64,000 bases of DNA from a bacterium (GTDB lineage Bacteria > Patescibacteriota > JABMPQ01 > JBDRIV01). The stretch covers positions 11,484-75,483 of the forward strand of contig JBDRIV010000002.1 of NCBI GenBank assembly GCA_043815505.1. Reading direction: 5' to 3'. Of this stretch, positions 9,799 through 19,962 are shown piece by piece. Made by a program: the position numbers and the translations under genes. Positions within the stretch are counted from its first letter, which is position 1, and every line of letters starts with the position of its first letter. The notes under the pieces were generated by a model. The model saw only the letters and a list, made by a program, of their open reading frames with translations. It was not told the DNA's origin and did no database searches.

Positions 9799-10026
9799 GG
9801 ATGATCACCCGTAGGGTGAGAATCTCGGACCTCGTCTCGTCCAAACAATACTTCAGTCTTCGCAATCCAACAAGTTGAATTGCTTCGACTTACGTATTGT
9901 TTCTCCTCTCCGATTAAAAACGTGCTCGTTCACTACGTTCACTGCGCACCATTTTTAATCGGTAACTGTTAAGTGACGCGCCTGCCTGCCGGCAGGCAGG
10001 CTCTAACCAACTGAGCAAACGTTGCC
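9799..10026 (-). pseudogene. tRNA-Ile-like paralog interrupted by a 19-nt GC hairpin in the D region and by family-D element copy B (9838-9962) in the anticodon loop
   Basis: 5' part GGCAACGTTTGCTCAGTTGGTTAGAGC[CTGCCTGCCGGCAGGCAGG]CGCGTCACTTAACAG... then the 125-nt element ... GACGAGGTCCGAG; T-arm region degenerate. Confidence 0.45.
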
Positions 10027-10146
10027 TAGGGCTAATAGCAAATAGCAAATGGCACTAAAATATAATTGCAATTAGCTATAAGCCATTCGCCATTCGCCAA
10101 CTAGTTTACCATTTACAAAGCCACTTTTCAAGAAAAAATTATGACA

Positions 10147-10205
10147 AACCCCGCCCCACCCCACTCCAGTTCTAATTAAAAACTGGGGCTGGGTGGAGCG
10201 GGGTT
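10147..10205. repeat. Family-A palindrome (short form) between the 16S 3' end and the tRNA-Ile paralog
   Basis: aaccccgccccaccccactccagttctaattaaaaactggggctgggtggagcggggtt. Confidence 0.7.
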
Positions 10206-10445
10206 ATCTTTTGACATTTAAATAGTGATAGGAGCAGATTGACATGTCATGAATGAATTCATGAAAGTCGACCTTCGGGTATGCTTGCTTATTAAACAAG
10301 CGGATATTCCCTAGAAAGGAGGTGATCCATCCACAGCTTCCGCTACGGATGCCTTGTTACGACTTTGCCCCTCTCGCTGGGCCCACCTTCGGTCCTAGAA
10401 CTAGGAACTTCGGGTGTTCCCAACTCGCTTGACATGACGGGCGGT

Positions 10446-11371
10446 ATCGAGATCCAAATTGGTCTCACACCACTGGGCAAACGGTTTTACCGTACCCTAG
10501 CGGTTCCACGAATATTATTCAGCTTGCGAATTTTATTTCGCAAAGAAACAATTTTTTTAAATCCAACATCGGTTAGATGCTGTTTGGATTTAATTAACAT
10601 AACTGCTTCACAAAATAATTCATAAACCAAACGCTTTTTAGCTCTCAACTTGTAACGGTTGAAGAAGGGAATTATTTTTTCACTCAAATCATTTATATTG
10701 CTCACTTTATATTTGACATGCGGATGCCATTTATAACGAGCATAATTTAAGCGATAGATATTTCCGCAACCAAAAGCATTTTTAATTTGGTTTAGGATTT
10801 CTTCATCATCGGCGCGGAGTTCTATTTCAAACTCTGCCCTAACTTCTTGTCGGCGTTTCAAGGTTTGATGTTTGCTGATACTAATACAGAAACATCCTTC
10901 CCCGTCAACGAAACCGACAATATATTCGGGATGAAGATTATTATTTTCGTGGTTCGGTCCTTTTCCCGCTCCAGTTTGTTTTAAACTGGGGCTGGATACT
11001 ACGACCTCTGCTGACTTCTTGTATTGCATCGTCATAATATTGCTATTATGTCTTAATTCTCGTGGGGTTTGCACCCCGAGGTTATTATACCTCAAAACAA
11101 GAATACAATACAAGATCTCCCTGGGTCACCTTATAAACCGTTCTTTCTCATCTCGGCTTTCCTGCACTTTAGTTTCCAAATTTACAGAAGACTTCCCTAC
11201 GTACACGAAAGGTCGTCGTTGAAACTAAAGCCTAAACGAAAGCTCAAGCTAAGAAATGCTACTTTTACCCTTGTTCCCAAACCTCACGATTTGGGACTGT
11301 AATTTCGCTTCCCAGTTTCTGCAAACTGGGGTGTGATTTTAACACACTGGTTTATAAAATTGCCAGGCGCA
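10446..11371 (-). mobile_element. 16S intron (group-I-like) inserted within CUUGUACAC / ACCGCCCGUCA (E. coli ~1395-1400)
   Basis: Exon matches stop at plus 11372 (gtgtacaag) and resume at plus 10445 (gacatgacgggcggt). Contains a LAGLIDADG ORF. The exact splice junction is ambiguous by +/-3 nt. Confidence 0.6.
10487..11113 (-). CDS. LAGLIDADG homing endonuclease, encoded in the 16S intron
   Basis: Motif IVGFVDGEGCFCISI in a 208-aa protein. Family-A palindrome cccgctccagtttgttttaaactggggctgg lies in-frame at 10958-10994 and encodes KQTGAGKG. Confidence 0.8.
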   Translation of the reverse strand: MYCILVLRYNNLGVQTPRELRHNSNIMTMQYKKSAEVVVSSPSLKQTGAGKGPNHENNNLHPEYIVGFVDGEGCFCISISKHQTLKRRQEVRAEFEIELRADDEEILNQIKNAFGCGNIYRLNYARYKWHPHVKYKVSNINDLSEKIIPFFNRYKLRAKKRLVYELFCEAVMLIKSKQHLTDVGFKKIVSLRNKIRKLNNIRGTARVR

Positions 11372-11520
11372 AGTGTACAAGACCCGAGAACGTATTCACC
11401 GCGCTATAGCTGACGCGCGGTTACTAGCGATTCCAACTTCATGAGGGCGAATTGCAGCCCTCAATCCGAACTGAGACTGGGTTTGATGAGATTAGCTTCA
11501 TCTTGCGATTTCGCAACTCA

Positions 11521-11552
<32 letters not shown>

Positions 11553-11567
11553 GAGGCGTCAAAGGGT

Positions 11568-11601
<34 letters not shown>

Positions 11602-11673
11602 ACTGTACGCCGGCAGTCTCTTGTGAAAAATACAACACAAGATAAGGGTTGCGCTCGTTTCCGGACTTAACCG

Positions 11674-11708
<35 letters not shown>

Positions 11709-11795
11709 ACACCTGATCCATAAGTTCCTTGCGGCACTTCTTGGTTTCCCAAAAATTCCTATGAAGTCAAGCCTCGGTAAGGTTCTTCGTTTATT

Positions 11796-11854
<59 letters not shown>

Positions 11855-12284
11855 TAGTCTTGCGACCGTACTCCCCAGGCGGAATACTTAACGCGTTAGC
11901 TTCGGCACTAAAAGGGTCGAATCTCCTAGTGCCTAGTATTCATCGTTTACAGCGTGGACTACTGGGGTATCTAATCCCATTCGCTCCCCACGCTTTCGTC
12001 CTTGAGTGTCGGAATACAGCTAGCAGACTGCCTTCGCTATTGGTGTTCTTCCCGATATTAACGCATTTCACTACTACACCGGGAATTCCATCTGCCTCTC
12101 TGTTTCCCTAGTCTGGCAGTTTTCGAAACGAGCTTTAGGTTAGGCCTAAAGATTTAATTCCAAACTTACCAAACGACCTGCGGACGCTTTACGCCCAATG
12201 ATTCCGGATAACGCTTGCCACCCTCGTATTACCGCGGCTGCTGGCACGAGGTTAGCCGTGGCTTATTCCAATGGTACCGTCAAC

Positions 12285-12346
12285 CCAGCTTCAGTTTGGA
12301 ATCAAATCAAAAAAGAATTCAGTTTTGATTACAAACTGAGGCTGGG
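12285..12346. repeat. Family-A-like palindrome inserted in the 16S V3 region
   Basis: cccagcttcagtttgg...ttacaaactgaggctggg, between the 16S blocks ...ACGGTACCATTGG and the 515 region. Confidence 0.65.
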
Positions 12347-12725
12347 CTTCTTCCCAAAGAAAAGCAATTTACACCCCGAAGGGCTTCTTCTTGCACGCGG
12401 CGTCGCTCCGTCACGCTTTCGCGCATTGCGGAAGATTCTCGACTGCAGCCTCCCGTAGGAGTTCGGGCAGTGTCTCAGTCCCGATGTGACTGGTCGTCCT
12501 CTCGAACCAGCTACCCATCATCGTCTTGGTAGGCCATTACCCTACCAACTAACTAATGGGATGTAGGCCCCTCTCAAAGCGATCGAAATCTTTGGTCCGT
12601 AGACCACATGAGGTATTAGACCACCTTTCGGTGGATTATTCCTCACTTTGAGTTAGGTTCCAACATGTTACTCACCCGTCTGCCACTCTTCACCGAAGTG
12701 AAGCGTACGACTTGCATGCCTAAAA

Positions 12726-12764
<39 letters not shown>

Positions 12765-13059
12765 TAAAAATATTTAGTCTAGATGACTAAATCAATTGTT
12801 GGGTATATAATCTTGTACGATTATATGAAGTGGACAAAATGCCACTCATTTTAGTGGATCTGTCCTATCACTATTTAATTGTCAAAAGGTCAAAAAAATA
12901 CGTTTGTTTACGTACTAGCGATTTTAGTGTATATCCAAATATTTGTCAAGAAATAAAGATACCCACACCTGTGTATAGATAATTTGCCTTATTTTAGATA
13001 AAAAACCAAGTACGCGTACACTTGGCAAAATATTTTAATTTTCGAAGAATTTATTAAAA

Positions 13060-13461
13060 TTATTCCTCAATAATGTCCTCAAAATTTTCCCCACTATTAT
13101 TGAAATCTCCTGTCATTTCATACATTACAATTAAAAGAATCTCAATAAATTTAATCATTTTATTTGCTTCTTCTTGAAAACCTTCTTTTATTTCATGATT
13201 CTTTTCATTACCCAAATCTTTAATGAATTTTAACAACTTATCACCATTAGGTGGAACAAAGCCAGAAGATTTTAAATGTTTGATATATTGTACAAACTTT
13301 TGCCCTTCTTTAGCACTAGCTTTTTCAACTGCAAGATGCATGAGTAGTTTTCTTCCAAGTAGAATCGCAGAAGTATAACTAGTATTTTTTACATCGTTTC
13401 TAAGCTCTTTATAAATCTTTTCAATGTCTTCTGGTAGGTGTTTGATGTCTCTACCAAGCAT
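13060..13461 (-). CDS. Hypothetical protein (133 aa)
   Basis: ORF only; the segment ILLGRKLLMHLAVEKA is helical and DUF4145-like (weak). Confidence 0.4.
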   Translation of the reverse strand: MLGRDIKHLPEDIEKIYKELRNDVKNTSYTSAILLGRKLLMHLAVEKASAKEGQKFVQYIKHLKSSGFVPPNGDKLLKFIKDLGNEKNHEIKEGFQEEANKMIKFIEILLIVMYEMTGDFNNSGENFEDIIEE

Positions 13462-13656
13462 TGGCCCAGGATGTTGTTCAGAATTTATAAAAAACGTTGG
13501 TAATCCACATGAACATATATATATATTATTGTAGATCCCCCATCATCTTTACGAAAAAAACCTTTATTTGATCTATTCTTATCACCACAAAAACCACATA
13601 TAAAGCTTTTTGGTTCTAGGTCACTTATATTTATCCAATGTTCCCATCCCATGTTT

Positions 13657-14235
13657 TTATTTCACCATCTGATCAATTATGCCATACTTCTTAGCTTCAT
13701 CTGTATTCATAAAGTTGTCGCGGTCGGTATCTTTTTCAAGTTTTGCAATAGGTTGTTTGGTGTGTTTGGCCAGAATTTTATTCAAATTATCTTTAACTTT
13801 CAAAATATGTTTGGCAGCAATCTCTACTTCCGTTGCTTGTCCAGAAGCTCCACCCATAACTTGGTGAATCATAATTTCTGAATTTGGTAGGGCTAATCTT
13901 TTTCCTTTGGTGCCAGCAGCTAGTAGTACTGAACCCATGCTGGCAGCCAGACCTACACAAATTGTAGAGACATCTGATTTTACATATTGCATAGTGTCAT
14001 AAATGGCTAAACCTGCAGTTACTGATCCACCAGGACAGTTGATGTAAAGTTTAATGTCTTTGTGCTTGTCTTCTCCATCAAGGAAAAGAAGCTGGGCAAT
14101 TACAGTGTTGGCGACGGCGTCGTCAATTGGTCCGCCGAGGAAAATAATTCTGTCTTTTAGCAGACGAGAATAAATATCGAAAGCTCTTTCTCCTTGAGCA
14201 GATTTTTCGATGACTGTTGGAATTAAATAACTCAT
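13657..14235 (-). CDS. clpP: ATP-dependent Clp protease proteolytic subunit ClpP
   Basis: Ser-His-Asp triad context: [12 protein letters not shown]. Confidence 0.9.
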   Translation of the reverse strand: MSYLIPTVIEKSAQGERAFDIYSRLLKDRIIFLGGPIDDAVANTVIAQLLFLDGEDKHKDIKLYINCPGGSVTAGLAIYDTMQYVKSDVSTICVGLAASMGSVLLAAGTKGKRLALPNSEIMIHQVMGGASGQATEVEIAAKHILKVKDNLNKILAKHTKQPIAKLEKDTDRDNFMNTDEAKKYGIIDQMVK

Positions 14236-14244
14236 TTTTTTATT

Positions 14245-15453
14245 TTATTTATTAACAACTACGACGCGTAGGTTTTTGGCATTAAGAGATAAAACTTCAG
14301 CGTCTTTTAATATCGTAACATTATTGGTATCGAGAGGCAACGTATAAGTTCCGGGGGCGCCAATATTATCGCCACGTACTTGCACTAAAACATCTGAAGA
14401 AGTCAGTGTTTCCAAAGTTCCCGACATTCCTTTAATATTTACGCTTACAGTTTCAGGATCTAAACTTGCAATTTTTAAATCGTTTTTTAAAGAAGTAACT
14501 TCTGGTATAAGTGATAAGGTTTTGTTAATTTCTGTTTGTCCTAAAATTATTTTCATTGTTCCCCCCTCAAAATTTACAACTTCTAAACCTTCAGGAATAT
14601 TTAGTGAATAAGAAATTTCCGAATCGGAATTCAAACCATTAATATCAAGCGAATTAGTTTGGACCGAAGTTAATTCAGCTAATCTGGTCTCGTCACCCCG
14701 AACTGTAACAGTAGAAGGATTTAATTGTACTTCTTTTATCCAGTAACCAGCAGCTGGTGAGCCGGTAGTAATTGGTTCTACACCGACAATTTTTGTATCA
14801 GTTTCTCTTTGCACTAGAATTTGTACATCAGCAGTGGCCGGTGTGACAGTAACGTTGCCAAGCTTATTGCCCGCTTCATCAACAGCTAGAAGTTTTGCCT
14901 GTGCAGAGAAATCTGCCATCTGCCCAGTTAAGTCAACTTCGGCAACTACTTTAGCAGTTTTATTTATGTTGGTAGTAGAACCAGAAATTGTTACTTTGTC
15001 GGGCGTGCTTTGAAATTCTTTAATTTCGTAACCATTGCCTAAATCATTCAAACCACGAGCTGTGACTTCAACTTCTTTGGTGGTGGTGTTTTCGATAGCA
15101 AAAGTTAAGCGCTCTGGTTTTTTGCTAAGAACTTGAACAGTTGAATCGGCCACTAAAACATTTATGGCTGCCGTGTATTCTCCCAAGGTTAAATCCTTGG
15201 CATCAATAAAAGCGGTAAAAGAATTTTCATCCAAATTTTCCCAAGTTGAAAGCGGTGCTCGAACTTGCAAAGTTACGCTACCCAAATCGTCGCGTAGTGA
15301 AAGTCCGGTATCCAAATTATGAACAGAAATAGGAATCTCGGCATCAATAAAATCAATTTTATATCCCCCATTAACAACGTACATCCACAAGAACAGAGCT
15401 AACACCAAAGCCAAAAGTTTTAATTGCCAATTGTTAGTCAGATATTTTAGCAC
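14245..15453 (-). CDS. cdaR: YbbR-domain protein CdaR (regulator of diadenylate cyclase)
   Basis: N-terminal TM plus repeated YbbR-like beta-rich domains; immediately downstream of cdaA. Confidence 0.7.
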   Translation of the reverse strand: MLKYLTNNWQLKLLALVLALFLWMYVVNGGYKIDFIDAEIPISVHNLDTGLSLRDDLGSVTLQVRAPLSTWENLDENSFTAFIDAKDLTLGEYTAAINVLVADSTVQVLSKKPERLTFAIENTTTKEVEVTARGLNDLGNGYEIKEFQSTPDKVTISGSTTNINKTAKVVAEVDLTGQMADFSAQAKLLAVDEAGNKLGNVTVTPATADVQILVQRETDTKIVGVEPITTGSPAAGYWIKEVQLNPSTVTVRGDETRLAELTSVQTNSLDINGLNSDSEISYSLNIPEGLEVVNFEGGTMKIILGQTEINKTLSLIPEVTSLKNDLKIASLDPETVSVNIKGMSGTLETLTSSDVLVQVRGDNIGAPGTYTLPLDTNNVTILKDAEVLSLNAKNLRVVVVNK

Positions 15454-16246
15454 GACGTGATTTTAAAAGTTTTTCTAAGTGGATTTCCAAATCATTTATT
15501 TTTAAATTGTTTTTTATTTTGCTATTTTCGGCCAAGGAAATTTGGCCACTTTCTTCGCTGGTTACAACTACCAAAGCATCAGTTTCTTCAGAAATCCCCA
15601 GCGCTGCTCGATGTCTAGTGCCATAAGGATAGGCTGTTTCTTGTTCAGAGAGTGGTAACTTTACGCTGGCGGCCGCTACACGATTAGCTTTTATAACAAC
15701 AGCGCCATCATGCAAAGGAGAATTGGGAAAAAAGATTTGTAATAAGATTTCTGGAGTAAGCTTGGCATCAAGCATCACGCCCGTTTCAATAATGTCGTCT
15801 AAACCAGTTTCTCTTTTTATAACAATTAAACTACCGATACTATTTTTGGTTAAAGTTTTAACGGCGCGGGATACAATATCAACCACCAAAGAAGTGGTGG
15901 AATGATAACCGTTGCCTTTAGATTTAAACCATTTGGTGTGTCCTAATTTTTCCAAAGCGCGCCTAAGTTCTGGTTGAAAAACAATAGGGATAGTAACAAT
16001 AATTAAAGTGGCTAAATGTCTAACCACCCAGTTAATGGTTTCCAGTTGCAAGAAACGACCAATAATTAAAATGACACCAAGTAGAATGAAACCAACAATA
16101 ATTTTTGAAGCTCTCGTTCCCTTTATAAAAACTAGAGCCCAGTAAATTAAAATTGCTACCACTAAAATATCAATCAGAAAAATTATCGGACTGGCTTTAG
16201 CCGAAGCAATAAAATACGATAAAAGATTAGTTATAAAATATGACAT
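15434..16246 (-). CDS. cdaA: Diadenylate cyclase CdaA (c-di-AMP synthase)
   Basis: Three N-terminal TM helices plus a DAC domain with DGAVVI ... GTRHRAA ... VVVTSEESGQIS. Confidence 0.85.
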   Translation of the reverse strand: MSYFITNLLSYFIASAKASPIIFLIDILVVAILIYWALVFIKGTRASKIIVGFILLGVILIIGRFLQLETINWVVRHLATLIIVTIPIVFQPELRRALEKLGHTKWFKSKGNGYHSTTSLVVDIVSRAVKTLTKNSIGSLIVIKRETGLDDIIETGVMLDAKLTPEILLQIFFPNSPLHDGAVVIKANRVAAASVKLPLSEQETAYPYGTRHRAALGISEETDALVVVTSEESGQISLAENSKIKNNLKINDLEIHLEKLLKSRRAKISD

Positions 16247-16347
16247 TTAAAAGATTAAAGAGAAAAGATAAAATAGCAAAACTATTGATTCTTAAATTAT
16301 AGCATAACAAAATATTCTTTTATCTTTGCTTTTTAATCTTTGCTCTT

Positions 16348-17313
16348 TTATATTATTTTCCAGCCCTGACCATTAGCTTGCAGTTGACCAGGAATAGTGA
16401 AACCGGCAGCTTTTTTATGTCCACCACCACCAAATAAGGAAGCGAGTCGAGAAACATCTATGTTGTCATCAATGGTTCTCAGTGACCCTTTAATTTCTCC
16501 ATCCCCTTGTTCGGTAACAACGGCGGTAATTTTAACTCCCGGAATCGCATTTAAATAATTAGCAATTCCTTCCAGTTCGGAAGCACTGGCGCCACATTCC
16601 TCCAAGTCTTTTTTAGTGGCCACTGTAGTTATAATACCAAATTTACGATTATATTGTAAACGGGCTAAAATTCGTCCCCATAATCGCAGAGTAGAAAGTG
16701 GTTTTTCGTAAGAAGTTTCCCGGGCAATTTCTGATATTTTTGCACCAGTTTTGAATAATTTAGAAACAATTTCCAAAGTTTCAGCTGAAGTATTGGGGTT
16801 TTGAAAACCATCAGTGTCAACAAAAATTCCTGTTAGCAAATTAGTGGCCACATCGCGATTAACGGGCAGTCCTATTTTTAAATAAAATTTATAAATGATT
16901 TCGGCAGTGGCTGATACCAAATCGTTAATTACATTTACTGTAGCTGATTTTTGATTATCGTGATGATGATCAATGCTGATGGTTAAAGTGTCTTGAGAAA
17001 TATATTTTTCCAAACCACTACGGTTTAATTCACAATCAACAGCTACCACCAAATCAGCTCCGGTTATAAAATGTTTAGCCTCATCTATAATTAAAATATT
17101 TTTTATTCCCGGTAAGAAATCCAAACGGTTAGGAAGGGGGTCAACAGAAATTGCCAAAACGTTTTTGTTTATTTGTTTTAAAGCTTCTTGAAGTGCCAGC
17201 ATTGAACCAACGCAGTCCCCGTCTGGTTTCTGGTGACAAGTTAAAATAACCTTCTGACTTTTTTTAAATAAATAGATTGCTCTATTAAGTTGAATTTCGT
17301 AAGCAGAAAACAT
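16348..17313 (-). CDS. nrnA: DHH-family phosphoesterase NrnA-like (oligoribonuclease / pAp and pApA phosphatase)
   Basis: DHH motif ISIDHHHDN; DHHA1-like C-terminus GGGH. Confidence 0.75.
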   Translation of the reverse strand: MFSAYEIQLNRAIYLFKKSQKVILTCHQKPDGDCVGSMLALQEALKQINKNVLAISVDPLPNRLDFLPGIKNILIIDEAKHFITGADLVVAVDCELNRSGLEKYISQDTLTISIDHHHDNQKSATVNVINDLVSATAEIIYKFYLKIGLPVNRDVATNLLTGIFVDTDGFQNPNTSAETLEIVSKLFKTGAKISEIARETSYEKPLSTLRLWGRILARLQYNRKFGIITTVATKKDLEECGASASELEGIANYLNAIPGVKITAVVTEQGDGEIKGSLRTIDDNIDVSRLASLFGGGGHKKAAGFTIPGQLQANGQGWKII

Positions 17314-17642
17314 TACTGGTCATTGTTTAATAATTCTTCTATGCGAGCGACTTTTCCCTCAGAGTCATCTATTACAAAACGAATTTTGGGAACATAGCGC
17401 ATTACCAGTTTTTTATTTAAACCGCGTTGAATGTTGCCAATTTCTGTTTCCAAAATTTCCAGTACTTCTGTTTCCTTGTCTTTCGGCATAACGCTCACAA
17501 AAATCTTAGCGTATTTTAAATCATCGGAAGTTTGAACTTTAGTAACTGTAAAAATAGTACCGCTAGCAAAATCTATAGATTTTTTAATGAGACTAGCAAC
17601 CTCATCTCTAAGTAAATCGTTAACTTGTTCCAGTCTGCTCAT
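17313..17642 (-). CDS. rbfA: Ribosome-binding factor A
   Basis: RbfA signature; position downstream of infB. Confidence 0.85.
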   Translation of the reverse strand: MSRLEQVNDLLRDEVASLIKKSIDFASGTIFTVTKVQTSDDLKYAKIFVSVMPKDKETEVLEILETEIGNIQRGLNKKLVMRYVPKIRFVIDDSEGKVARIEELLNNDQ

Positions 17643-19594
17643 TAGATTTTTTTAACTGTGGTTTTTTCCTCAAAGGCTTCTAAAATATCACCAACTTTAA
17701 TTCTGTCGCTACCAGCAAATTTAAGTCCACATTCATTACCATGAGAAACTTTGTTAACATCAGCCTTATCTTTTTGCAGACCAGTAATTTTTCCTCGACC
17801 AACTTCTTCTCCCTCGCGGAAAATTTTAAGCGAGGCATTTTTTATTAATTCACCATCAATTACTCTGCCACCAATAGTCATCTTGTCTTTATCGGTATGA
17901 AAAACTGCTAGGGTTTCCAACTGACCAAGTTTTTTGGTTGTAACTTCGGGGACAAGAAGTTTAGACATTTCGGCTTTAATATAATCCAACAACTCATAAA
18001 TTACATTGAAATTTTTAAAATCAACTTTTTTCTCACGCGCCAATTGTTCAGCCAGCGGATTAATTTCACTATTAAAACCAATCACCAAAGAATTGGTATT
18101 AACGGCCATGGTGATATCTGATTCATTTACAGCGCCCACACCTTCAGAAATTATTTGAGCGATTACCTCATCATTTTCCAGTTTAGCTAAACTTTCGGAA
18201 ATAGCTTCCAGCGATCCTTGCACATCAGCTTTAATTATAATATTAAGTTTTTTCAAATCCTCCTTTTGTTTACCAAGACGATTTTTTAAGCGCAAATGTT
18301 TTTGTTTGGCCAAATGGGATTTTAATTCCGCCATACTTTTTACAGCTCGAAAGGCGTCACCAACTTCAGGAACTCTGTTAAGTCCCATTACTTGTACTGG
18401 CATAGCAGGCCCAGCTTCATCAACTTCTGCCCCGGCAGAATTTTTTATGGCTCGGATTGTGCCATAAGCTCTACCTACAATAGCAGACTCTCCTTTATAT
18501 AAGGTTCCGTTTTGAATTAGAATTGTGGCCAATGCACCTTGTTTAGGATTAACGTGAGATTCAATAACGGTACCAATAGCTTCGGCGTTAGGATTAGCAA
18601 TTAAATTTTCTACATCAGCTACCAATAAAATCATGTCCAATAATTCTTTAATTCCCTGTTTTTGTTTGGCAGAAATTTCAGCAAAAATTGTTTTACCTCC
18701 CCATTCTTCTGGGATTAAATCATAATCGGCTAACTGTTTTTTAATTTTTTCAACATTAGCACCTTCTTTGTCAATTTTATTTACCGCGACCACAATTGGC
18801 ACTTCTGCTTTTTTGGCGTGTTCAATGGCTTCAATGGTTTGGGGCTGGACGCCGTCGTCAGCGGCTACAATTAAAATAGCAATATCAGTTACACGAGCAC
18901 CGCGAGAACGCATGGAAGCAAAAGCTTCATGTCCGGGTGTGTCTAAGAAAGTAATAAGTTTATCATTTATTTGAGCTTGGTAAGCACCAATGTGTTGGGT
19001 AATGCCACCATGTTCAGATGCAGCCACACTTGTTTCGCGAATGGCATCAAGCAAAGTTGTTTTACCATGATCAACATGACCTAGAATTGTTACAATTGGT
19101 GGACGTGATTCCAAATTTGATTCCTTTTCTTTTTTTAATTCCGCTTTAATATTTTTGGTTACATTAGCATTACTCTCTTCTCCGGTGGTAGCAGCCGTAT
19201 CTTCAATAACGGTGTAGCCCAAATCTTCAGTAATAATGGAAGCAGTTTCAAAATCAACATCTTCATTAATAGTGGCCATGATACCGTTTTTAATAAGTTC
19301 AGAAATTACTTTCGGCACCGGCAATTCTAACTTATCGGCCAATTCACGCACGGTCATAATAGAAGGCAGGGCAACCTTTTTTGCGGCAATATCTTCTTCC
19401 TCCTTAATTTCCACACCTTGTTTAACTAAACGTTTTTTACGACGCTGATCACGTAGGGCTATTAAAGCTTTATGAGCCAGATCGTCATCAATTAATTTGC
19501 TTTTTAAATCAATGTTAAAATCAAGCTCCTTAAGAGCTTCTTTTAGTTTTTTGGCGGGCATTTGCGCCTTAGTTGTGAAATCTTGTGTTTTCAT
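17642..19594 (-). CDS. infB: Translation initiation factor IF-2
   Basis: GTPase motifs GHVDHGKTTLLD and DTPGH; conserved domain order. Confidence 0.95.
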   Translation of the reverse strand: MKTQDFTTKAQMPAKKLKEALKELDFNIDLKSKLIDDDLAHKALIALRDQRRKKRLVKQGVEIKEEEDIAAKKVALPSIMTVRELADKLELPVPKVISELIKNGIMATINEDVDFETASIITEDLGYTVIEDTAATTGEESNANVTKNIKAELKKEKESNLESRPPIVTILGHVDHGKTTLLDAIRETSVAASEHGGITQHIGAYQAQINDKLITFLDTPGHEAFASMRSRGARVTDIAILIVAADDGVQPQTIEAIEHAKKAEVPIVVAVNKIDKEGANVEKIKKQLADYDLIPEEWGGKTIFAEISAKQKQGIKELLDMILLVADVENLIANPNAEAIGTVIESHVNPKQGALATILIQNGTLYKGESAIVGRAYGTIRAIKNSAGAEVDEAGPAMPVQVMGLNRVPEVGDAFRAVKSMAELKSHLAKQKHLRLKNRLGKQKEDLKKLNIIIKADVQGSLEAISESLAKLENDEVIAQIISEGVGAVNESDITMAVNTNSLVIGFNSEINPLAEQLAREKKVDFKNFNVIYELLDYIKAEMSKLLVPEVTTKKLGQLETLAVFHTDKDKMTIGGRVIDGELIKNASLKIFREGEEVGRGKITGLQKDKADVNKVSHGNECGLKFAGSDRIKVGDILEAFEEKTTVKKI

Positions 19595-19606
19595 GAGCCC
19601 TCTATA

Positions 19607-19816
19607 TTACTGCCGTCTCCTTCTTAAGTCAAATATCATGGCTAGCGTGAAGAAGAATATTAAAAACCAAATGAAACCGGCTAAAATTTGCAGGAAGAAC
19701 ATCCATCCCCAAACCCACATTATAGTAGCTGGAATGGCCAATATTATTAGCCAGCGCACAACGGCGTTTAGTTCATCAAAAAACCAACCAATTAATTCTA
19801 AAGCAAATTTCCACAT
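19607..19816 (-). CDS. Small membrane protein (69 aa)
   Basis: Two hydrophobic helices; sits upstream of infB. Confidence 0.4.
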   Translation of the reverse strand: MWKFALELIGWFFDELNAVVRWLIILAIPATIMWVWGWMFFLQILAGFIWFLIFFFTLAMIFDLRRRRQ

Positions 19817-19962
19817 ATTAGAGATGATTAAGCAGATTATTCATAATTTTACAATGTTTTTAACATTTAGTCAAAGGCGTGATTTGTTGTATTTATGGGA
19901 ATAAAGTGGTATAGTGCATTTACAGCTTGAAACAATTTGCTGTTTTTGTTAGAAATTAAGAT

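Noticed and set aside
12776-13050. Exact rRNA promoter upstream of 16S
   Set aside because: Several overlapping TTGAC-like hexamers occur on the minus strand at ~12860-12890, but none has convincing -10 spacing, so no specific promoter was called.
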